NCBI GenBank assembly: GCA_002010065.2
Contig: MTMD02000010.1
Span: 1 to 64,000, forward strand
Reading direction: 5' to 3'
Length of the DNA: 64,000 bases
Origin: Candidatus Pyrohabitans jungbluthii
Lineage (GTDB): Archaea > Hydrothermarchaeota > Hydrothermarchaeia > Hydrothermarchaeales > BMS3B
Shown: positions 57,533-64,000 of the stretch, one piece after another
Layout of the letters: every line of letters starts with the position of its first letter
Numbering within the stretch: position 1 is the first letter of the stretch
Made by a program: the position numbers and the translations under genes
The notes under the pieces: model-generated
What the model was told of the DNA's origin: nothing
Databases searched by the model: none
What the model saw: only the letters and a program-made list of their open reading frames with translations

Positions 57533-58624
57533 GCTAGCGATCTTTGCTATCGCCTGCGAAACCTCATCGCGGGTGTTGTAGGCGTGGGGAGAGAGGCGGA
57601 TGCTCTCCCTAACAGTCGCTATAATGCCCTGCTCCAGCAGCTTGGCTTTTGTGACGCCAGCTCTGCGAAGCGCCACGATGCCGGAGCGGTTCTCCTCGGG
57701 AAAATCTGACACCACTTCAATGCCACGCTCCCTCGCAGCCTCTATCGCAGCGCTCGCAAGCTCAAGCACGTGCTTCTCTATCCTGCGCCTTCCCACCCGC
57801 GAAATCAGCGAAAGCGCCTCGGCTAAGCCGAGCAGAGGCGCGACTGCGAGGTTGCCAAGCTCAAACTTCTGGGCCTCACGGAGAGGAGCATAGTTTTTCA
57901 CGTTGAGGCTGAGGAAATCCTCGACGCTACGCCACCCGAGCACCGGCGTCGCCTCGAGGTGCTCCTCGCGGGCGAAGAATATAGCGGAGCCAAGAGGAGC
58001 AAGAAGCCACTTGTAGCAGCCCGCGCTCAGAAAGTCTATCTTAGCACGCTTCACATCAACCTCAAAGACGCCCAGGCTTTGAATCGCATCCACGTGGAAG
58101 AGCACGCCGCGCTCCTCGCACAGTTTGCCTATAGCTTCGATATCCACGCGATAGCCGCTCTGGTACAGCACGTGGCTCAGCGAAACCATTCGCGTATGCT
58201 CGTCCAGCGCTGCCTCGACCTCACTGGGGGTGAAGAAGCCTTTAAGATAGACCACCTCCACACCCTTGCGGCGAAGGTTGAGGAAGGGAAGCACATTCGC
58301 GGGAAAGTCCAGCTCACTCACTATAACCTTGTCTCCCCGCCTCCACTCAACCAGCTGGGTTACCAGATTAACCCCCTGCGAGGTATTTGTGAGCAGTGCA
58401 ATCTCACCTCGAGCTGCACCGAGCAGCCTCGCCGCCTTCTCGCGAGCCTCCTCTATGCGGGAGTACCACTCGTTGTAGAAGAGGGCGCCACCCTGCTGCG
58501 CCTCCTCAAGGTAGCGCAGCACCGCCTGCTTAACAGGCTCCGCTAAGGGTGCCATAGAAGCAGCGTCCAGGTAGATATAACGCCTGGTTACGGGAAAGAG
58601 GGCGCGAAACTGCGAGAAGCGCAT
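57527..58624 (-). CDS. PLP-dependent class V aminotransferase-fold enzyme
   Basis: IYLDAAS, NTSQG, DAIQSLG, GCYKWLLAP, RLSPHAYN. Confidence 0.9.
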   Translation of the reverse strand: MRFSQFRALFPVTRRYIYLDAASMAPLAEPVKQAVLRYLEEAQQGGALFYNEWYSRIEEAREKAARLLGAARGEIALLTNTSQGVNLVTQLVEWRRGDKVIVSELDFPANVLPFLNLRRKGVEVVYLKGFFTPSEVEAALDEHTRMVSLSHVLYQSGYRVDIEAIGKLCEERGVLFHVDAIQSLGVFEVDVKRAKIDFLSAGCYKWLLAPLGSAIFFAREEHLEATPVLGWRSVEDFLSLNVKNYAPLREAQKFELGNLAVAPLLGLAEALSLISRVGRRRIEKHVLELASAAIEAARERGIEVVSDFPEENRSGIVALRRAGVTKAKLLEQGIIATVRESIRLSPHAYNTRDEVSQAIAKIASL

Positions 58625-58732
58625 GGTTTTACTTCGTCGCGGGAGATTAAAAAGGTTGTACATGCTTACTGACAGCGTGCAAGAGCACAGTTAGCAGGGA
58701 ATTTATCACACCGGCAAAGAGGAGCTTAGGCA

Positions 58733-59611
58733 TCAAAACAGGTAACAGTGGTCACACTCCGCCTTAAGCGTCTCCTCATACTTCTTCGCAGCCTCTGGAG
58801 ATAAGTATGGCGGCACGCGCTTCATAGCCTCGAGGAAGTGGCGCATCGCCACGCCCTTAAAATTCGCCCCCTGCTCGCGAATCGCGATTACGGTAGCCTC
58901 CCTCACAAGTCCGCGTATATCAGCTCCGACATAGTATTCGGTAAGCCTGGCAAGTTCTTCGAGGCTTACATCCTCATTGAGAGGGGTATTGCGCAGGTGG
59001 ATTTTGAAGATCTCAAGACGATCCTCGTAGCTGGGCGCTGGCACGTATACTCTGCGCTCCAGTCTGCCCTTCTTCCTCGCCTGATCGTCGAGCACATCCG
59101 GGCGGTAGGTACCACCTATGGTAATGACATCCCACCGCTCAGCCACGCGGTCAAGGTTCTCGTAGAATATCACAGTAACCTCCTCGCTGGCAATGCGCAC
59201 TGGCGCATCTCGAGTTATGCCCACAGCCCACAGCGAGCTTGCACCCCGCTTGGGCGCAAGGGCGTCGACCTCATTTATAAAAACAACGCACGGTGCTAAT
59301 TCCAGAGCCTTGTCGTACATCGCAGTTATCTCTTCAGGTTCGCCTATGATCTCAATAGCTTTGACTGCAATGTAGTTGACCCCCGCCTCGTATGCACAAG
59401 CCTCGGCGAGCACCGTCTTACCCCCGCCCGGCGGTCCCCACAGGAGAACGCCAGAGGGTGGGGCGAGATTAGCTTTTCTGAAGGTCTCGGGGTACTTGAG
59501 AGGAAGCACCACCATCTCTTCAAGGCGCTCCTTAACCTCTCGCAAGCCGCCAACTTTAGCGAAGTTCCAGCGGGGCTGCTTTATCTTGAAGTAGGCGCCA
59601 GTCTCTTTCAA
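58733..59611 (-). CDS. Stand-alone single-domain CDC48-like AAA+ ATPase (atypical motifs)
   Basis: VGGL..KERL..LPLKYPE, GPPGGGKT, VFINEVD, GRLER, GADI; TTG start after GGAGG. Confidence 0.88.
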   Translation of the reverse strand: MKETGAYFKIKQPRWNFAKVGGLREVKERLEEMVVLPLKYPETFRKANLAPPSGVLLWGPPGGGKTVLAEACAYEAGVNYIAVKAIEIIGEPEEITAMYDKALELAPCVVFINEVDALAPKRGASSLWAVGITRDAPVRIASEEVTVIFYENLDRVAERWDVITIGGTYRPDVLDDQARKKGRLERRVYVPAPSYEDRLEIFKIHLRNTPLNEDVSLEELARLTEYYVGADIRGLVREATVIAIREQGANFKGVAMRHFLEAMKRVPPYLSPEAAKKYEETLKAECDHCYLF

Positions 59612-59700
59612 GGCACTGCCTCCAGATAATACATCCTCGCTAACAAATCAAAATGTTTCTTAACAAAGGTTAAATAACTCTACAAACTTTAAGCTTACCT

Positions 59701-60708
59701 ATGTCTTTGTTGCTCGAGGCAATCGCCGGCAAGGCGGAGCGCGTGCCGGTTGCGCCGCTAATCACCCTCGGTCACGCATGCAGAATCGCCGGCGTAGCTC
59801 AGGTGGATTACGTGTTAAAGCCGGAGAGCTACGCAGAGGCGCAGCTTAAAACAAAGCGCTACTACGGCTACGACTGGGTGTGGAGCCACCAGTTCTTTCA
59901 GGGGCCAAGCGAGAGAGAAAGGCAAAGCGCAGAGCGCGTCGCCGAGGGAGTAGCACTTACCCTTGACTTCGGGGCGAGGCTTCTGATACCCCACAAAGGC
60001 ATGCCCCGTGTGCTCAGCGTGGCGCTTTCAAACAAAGAGGAGCTCTCTGAGCTTGAGGTGCCGGAGATCGGCGAGGAGAAGATGGCACCTCTGAAGCTTC
60101 TTCTGGAGAGCGAGGGCTTTGCCGCTGGCAACCTTAGAATGCCCTTCACCTTTGCGGCAACCTTGCTTTACCCCCTGGAAAACTTCCTGCTTGACCTCAG
60201 CCTGGACAAGCGCTTTGTCCACGCACTTCTTGATTATGCCTACCGCTACAACCTGGAGCTTGCCAAGGCGATGATAAACGCTGGGGCGGAGCTGATATTC
60301 ACAGAAGACCCAAGCGCATCGAGCAGCGTAATCTCGCCTTCGCATTATCGGGAGTTCGCCTACCCCTACGAGAAGAAGCTTATCCGTGAGATTAAAAGGC
60401 AGGGGGCTAAGACTGTGCTGCACATCTGCGGCAATATTTCGGCTCTGCTTGAGGACATGCTCACGCTGGGCGTCGACGCCATAAGCGTAGACGAGAGCAT
60501 GGACATGGCGACGCTCAGAGAAAAAACAGTAGCCTGGGGCAACGTCGCGCCCTCGCTGCTGGTTAGCGGCTCCCCCGACGAGGTGGCTGAAGCGAGCAGG
60601 GCAATAGTTGCGCTACGCGAAGGCGTTGTGCTAAGCTCAGGCTGTGTTGTGCCGGGCAACGCCAAGCCTGAGAATATCGCTGCGATGGTGGCTGCAGCGA
60701 AGGAATAG
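59701..60708 (+). CDS. URO-D superfamily, MtaA/CmuA-like methylcobamide methyltransferase
   Basis: RVPVAP, DPSAS..ISP, LHICG (HxC) and SSGC Zn ligands, ENIAAM. Confidence 0.85.
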   Translation: MSLLLEAIAGKAERVPVAPLITLGHACRIAGVAQVDYVLKPESYAEAQLKTKRYYGYDWVWSHQFFQGPSERERQSAERVAEGVALTLDFGARLLIPHKGMPRVLSVALSNKEELSELEVPEIGEEKMAPLKLLLESEGFAAGNLRMPFTFAATLLYPLENFLLDLSLDKRFVHALLDYAYRYNLELAKAMINAGAELIFTEDPSASSSVISPSHYREFAYPYEKKLIREIKRQGAKTVLHICGNISALLEDMLTLGVDAISVDESMDMATLREKTVAWGNVAPSLLVSGSPDEVAEASRAIVALREGVVLSSGCVVPGNAKPENIAAMVAAAKE

Positions 60709-60822
60709 TACCCTGGCTTCAATTTCATCCTGAAAAGAATTTTTGTGGCTATTTTTTCAGTTTGTCAATAAAAAAGTAATTAAATATCTGCAAAGATTAT
60801 TTAAAAGAAAGGAGAATCTGTC

Positions 60823-61296
60823 ATGCTAAAAACCAGGAAGATACTCACCATTGTTGCGATTGTGGCTGTGCTTGTATTTGCGTATTATGCCGCCAATGCA
60901 ACGCCTGTGATAAGCGACCAGAACTACACATACATCGCAGAGCTGGAGTGGTACAATACCTACGACGCAGGCGCGAAGGCAGCGGCGGAGGCTAAGAAGC
61001 CCCTGATAGTTTACTTCTGGACCATATGGTGCGTCTACTGCGAAAAGTATCACAAGGAGGTATTCTCCCGCGAGGACATAAGGGAGATTCTCGCCCAAGA
61101 TTTCGTGAGGGTGGCGATAGACATGGACGTGAACAAAGAGGATACGCGAAGGTTCAACGTCCAGGCGCCGCCACATGTAATTTTCATGACCTCCGAGGGC
61201 GAGATAATCACGCGCGTCCCAGGCTATATGCCAGCGGATGAGTTCAAAGAGGTACTGCTCAGAGTTAAAGCCTCTGCTGGAGGAGCGCACCCATGA
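60823..61296 (+). CDS. Exported thioredoxin-like protein (paralogue of 9358-9816)
   Basis: Signal/anchor; FWTIWCVYC; QAPP; directly upstream of ccmF. Confidence 0.88.
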   Translation: MLKTRKILTIVAIVAVLVFAYYAANATPVISDQNYTYIAELEWYNTYDAGAKAAAEAKKPLIVYFWTIWCVYCEKYHKEVFSREDIREILAQDFVRVAIDMDVNKEDTRRFNVQAPPHVIFMTSEGEIITRVPGYMPADEFKEVLLRVKASAGGAHP

Positions 61297-63674
61297 GCAT
61301 AGGCGACGCGCTTCTATCGCTTGCTCTGCTCACCGGCAGTGCCACCGCTGCGCTGCTGGTGCTGCCCCATCAAGAGAAGCTGGAAAAACTGAGGAGAGCC
61401 ACTCTGGTGCTATTCGCTTCCTCTCTCACAGCCGCCTTCATCCTTCTCCTCTACTACTTCGCTATAAGCGACTTCCGCATCTTCTATGTCTGGAAGTTCA
61501 GCAGCAGCGCATACCCCCTCTACTACAAGCTCTCAGGTGCATTAGCCGGGCAGGAAGGTACGCTCCTCTTCTGGGCAATGCTGATAGCGCTAAGCGCACT
61601 CTGGCTTGAGCGTGGAGAAGAGCGAAAGCTTGCATTCGTGAAGCAGACCCAGCTGGTCGTCGTAGCCCTTGGGCTTTACTTTACCTTTCTCACCTTCCTC
61701 CAGTCGCCATTCACAACAATCTACGAAGCTTTTCCCGACATACCAGTTGGCTACCTTCCCGAGGACGGCAACGGCTTGAACCCTCTCCTGCTCGACCCCT
61801 GGATGGCATCCCATCCCTTCACCACCTTTCTAGGCTACGCAGGCACAACGATACCCTTCGCAGGCGCTGTGGTGTACCTTTTCACCACCGCAAGAGCGGG
61901 TGGCGTGGAGGGCGCTGCGCAGAGGCTGTGGGTAACCAAGGGCTTGCAGTGGCTCCGCTTCGCTTGGCTGTTCTCCACGATTTCAATGGCCTTCGGCGGG
62001 ATATGGGCATACAAAACCCTGGGCTGGGGCGGCTTCTGGGCGTGGGATCCGGTGGAGACGGCGATGCTACTGCCCTGGCTGATGCTCACCGCGGCGGTGC
62101 ATGTTACGCTGGAGCATCGCCGCGACAGGACGAAGTACAACGTTTTAGCCCCCATCCTCGTTGCCTTCTCCTTCTCTCTGGTTGTGTACGCCACCGCCGT
62201 AACGCGCAGCGGAATTTTTGAGAGCGTCCATGCCTTCATCGCAGGCAGCGTGGGGAAGTACATAATGCTTCTGGTGGGTATATCCTTTGCCGTGCCTCTA
62301 GCGCTGGGACTCTGGAAGTATACCCGCATCCCGAGGAGAGAAGAGGAGGACGAGATTATAAACAGGACGAATATATTCTACGCCGCCATTCTGGTCTTCC
62401 TCATAACAATCTTCATCTCCTTCTACGGGATAACCTTCCCGCCTATAATGAAGCTGATAACCACACAGAAATACGCCATAACAAAGCAGTTCTTCAACCT
62501 CTGGCTCTATCCATTCTTCCTACTCATGCTACTCCTCATAGGCTTGGGCCTGCACTACCGTGAGAGCAGAAAAGCAGAGGTTTTGCGAGATTTCTTCATT
62601 TTCACCCTCTTCACCATAGTGGCGGCCTTCATAAAGCCCACAGAGGACTACAACATCGTGGACTACACCTCCTTCATCTCCGCCTCAAAGCCGCTGCTCT
62701 ACTCAACCATAGGCGAGATTTCCTCATTAAGCGTGGTTCCGCCCGCCTTCTACATCTTCTACGCTTCCATAGAGAGGTGGCGCTTCTTTGCCTCCGCGTC
62801 AACGCGGAGAAAGCTTAGAGAGGCGGGAGTCATAGCGATCCACATTGGCGTCGCCCTCATTGCGATAGGCGTGGTCTTCTCTTCCATGTTTACCAGCGAG
62901 TTCTCGGTGACACTGAACAAGAATCGCATAGGAGAGGAGAAGGTGCTCGCCCAGGCGGTATTCCACGAGGGTTTCGGCAAGCTCGGCACCTGGGGTGTGC
63001 ATCAGGGCGAAGTTTTAACCGATTACAAAATAAAGCTTCTTGACTACAAGGAGTATGTGGATTACGGCAGCGCCTCCAGGGTTAATTCAAAGCGTGGGAT
63101 GAGCATACAGGAATTCCGCGCCGCAATTGCAAGGGGAGACGCGAGGAGCGAGTACACTGTGCGAGGCACGGTGAGCAGGGTACTCAGAGGAGAGCATGCC
63201 ACATTTATAAAGCTCAGCGACGAAAGCGGCGAACTGTGGGTGGCAGCTGACCCAAGCCTGAGAGTTCCTATAGGCGTGGAGGCTGTTGCTAGGGGTGTGC
63301 CGCTGAGGGGGGTTAAAACCCCGGACGGTGCTACGGACGTGGTGCTCCTTGCCAATCAGGTTAGCGATACCATCGCCCAAGCATTCAAGAAGGTTCAGCT
63401 CGCTCGCGTTGCGATTTACAAAGGCAAAGCGAAGATCGGCGAGGGAGATGTGAAGTTTGAGGTGTACAAAAACGGCGATGCGAGGCGTCCCCTCATCGAC
63501 CGCAGTTTAGTAAGAGACGTTTTTGTGGTGCTGGATTCGCCTACCTATCAGGGAGACCTGTCAATAACAGTTAGGATAAAGCCCCTGATAAATGAAATCT
63601 GGCTGGGCGTTATTTTATTTGTGCTGGGTATAGTTCTGTGCATCTTCTACGAAGCCAGAGGCTCAGAGAAATGA
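61293..63674 (+). CDS. ccmF: Cytochrome c biogenesis heme lyase CcmF
   Basis: AGQEGTLLFW, DGNGLNPLL..HP, WAY..LGWGGFWAWDPVE (WWD), TRSG..SVHAF, KPLINEIWLG. Confidence 0.95.
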   Translation: MSIGDALLSLALLTGSATAALLVLPHQEKLEKLRRATLVLFASSLTAAFILLLYYFAISDFRIFYVWKFSSSAYPLYYKLSGALAGQEGTLLFWAMLIALSALWLERGEERKLAFVKQTQLVVVALGLYFTFLTFLQSPFTTIYEAFPDIPVGYLPEDGNGLNPLLLDPWMASHPFTTFLGYAGTTIPFAGAVVYLFTTARAGGVEGAAQRLWVTKGLQWLRFAWLFSTISMAFGGIWAYKTLGWGGFWAWDPVETAMLLPWLMLTAAVHVTLEHRRDRTKYNVLAPILVAFSFSLVVYATAVTRSGIFESVHAFIAGSVGKYIMLLVGISFAVPLALGLWKYTRIPRREEEDEIINRTNIFYAAILVFLITIFISFYGITFPPIMKLITTQKYAITKQFFNLWLYPFFLLMLLLIGLGLHYRESRKAEVLRDFFIFTLFTIVAAFIKPTEDYNIVDYTSFISASKPLLYSTIGEISSLSVVPPAFYIFYASIERWRFFASASTRRKLREAGVIAIHIGVALIAIGVVFSSMFTSEFSVTLNKNRIGEEKVLAQAVFHEGFGKLGTWGVHQGEVLTDYKIKLLDYKEYVDYGSASRVNSKRGMSIQEFRAAIARGDARSEYTVRGTVSRVLRGEHATFIKLSDESGELWVAADPSLRVPIGVEAVARGVPLRGVKTPDGATDVVLLANQVSDTIAQAFKKVQLARVAIYKGKAKIGEGDVKFEVYKNGDARRPLIDRSLVRDVFVVLDSPTYQGDLSITVRIKPLINEIWLGVILFVLGIVLCIFYEARGSEK

Positions 63675-64000
63675 AAGCTAAAAACGCTGCGCTTGTGCTG
63701 CTTGGCATAGCTTTGCTCGTCTTCGCCTTCTCTGCCCAAGAGGAGGAAACCCCCAGCAAGGCTCAGCCAGAAGGGGCAATGAAGCTCCACCCCGCGAACT
63801 TCACCCTTGCAAGCCTTAAAGGTGGAGAAGAGGCTTTAAAAGAGGTTAGAGCACTTCACCGCGGCAGTTCTGCACTTGAGCTGGAAGACGCCCTCGTTGC
63901 CGAGTACATAACCCAAGACGGCAGGCTGGTGAAGGTGTGGGTGGGCATAGCTCGCAATGAGAGCACAGCAAGAGAAATGCTGGCGCAGATGCGCGCGAAG
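63671..64000 (+). CDS. Exported hypothetical protein, truncated by the window end
   Basis: ATG overlaps the ccmF stop; MKAKNAALVLLGIALLVFAFSAQ signal; open to the window edge. Confidence 0.7.
   Translation, partial: MKAKNAALVLLGIALLVFAFSAQEEETPSKAQPEGAMKLHPANFTLASLKGGEEALKEVRALHRGSSALELEDALVAEYITQDGRLVKVWVGIARNESTAREMLAQMRAK

Noticed and set aside
58733-58747. HbYX proteasome-gating motif on the AAA protein
   Set aside because: The C-terminus is CYLF, so Tyr is not penultimate
220-63380. Many antisense or alternative-frame ORFs in the track (e.g. 790-1446, 4360-5091, 25810-26631, 39746-40825, 56791-57519)
   Set aside because: They overlap well-supported genes, lack motifs and SD sites, and are expected shadows of GC-rich coding sequence

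Overview
Archaeal chromosomal segment. Evidence: C1:G72 tRNA-Tyr, Alba, PolB with PIP-box, ABCE1, Fae-Hps, SepCysS, GGAGGTGA-type SD motifs, TATA/BRE promoters. The gene mix suggests an anaerobic, probably thermophilic euryarchaeote such as a Hydrothermarchaeota-like lineage (inference only). Energy and metal genes: a group 2-like [NiFe]-hydrogenase operon with protease and hypCDAB; a CGP-CTERM-anchored octaheme cytochrome divergent from an ArsR/3-TM/PCYCGC/thioredoxin operon; an 11-subunit 'headless' complex I (Nuo/Fpo) operon; a Met/His-rich putative metal-handling cluster; thioredoxin-ccmF. Other content: housekeeping genes (alba, polB, rli, fae-hps, cysS, hisD, aspS, pscS), an AT-rich three-gene island, two histidine kinases sharing identical DNA blocks, a PrsW-fused ABC system and a radical SAM-ABC exporter operon. 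The main unannotated signal is a family of very short (26-38 bp) palindromic elements (TTACCCG...GTGACGA(A)G) in five copies, one inserted in frame inside polB. An unannotated 41-aa Cys/His peptide gene was also found. No CRISPR array, rRNA, intein or transposase was seen. All calls come from motif reading; no database searches were run.
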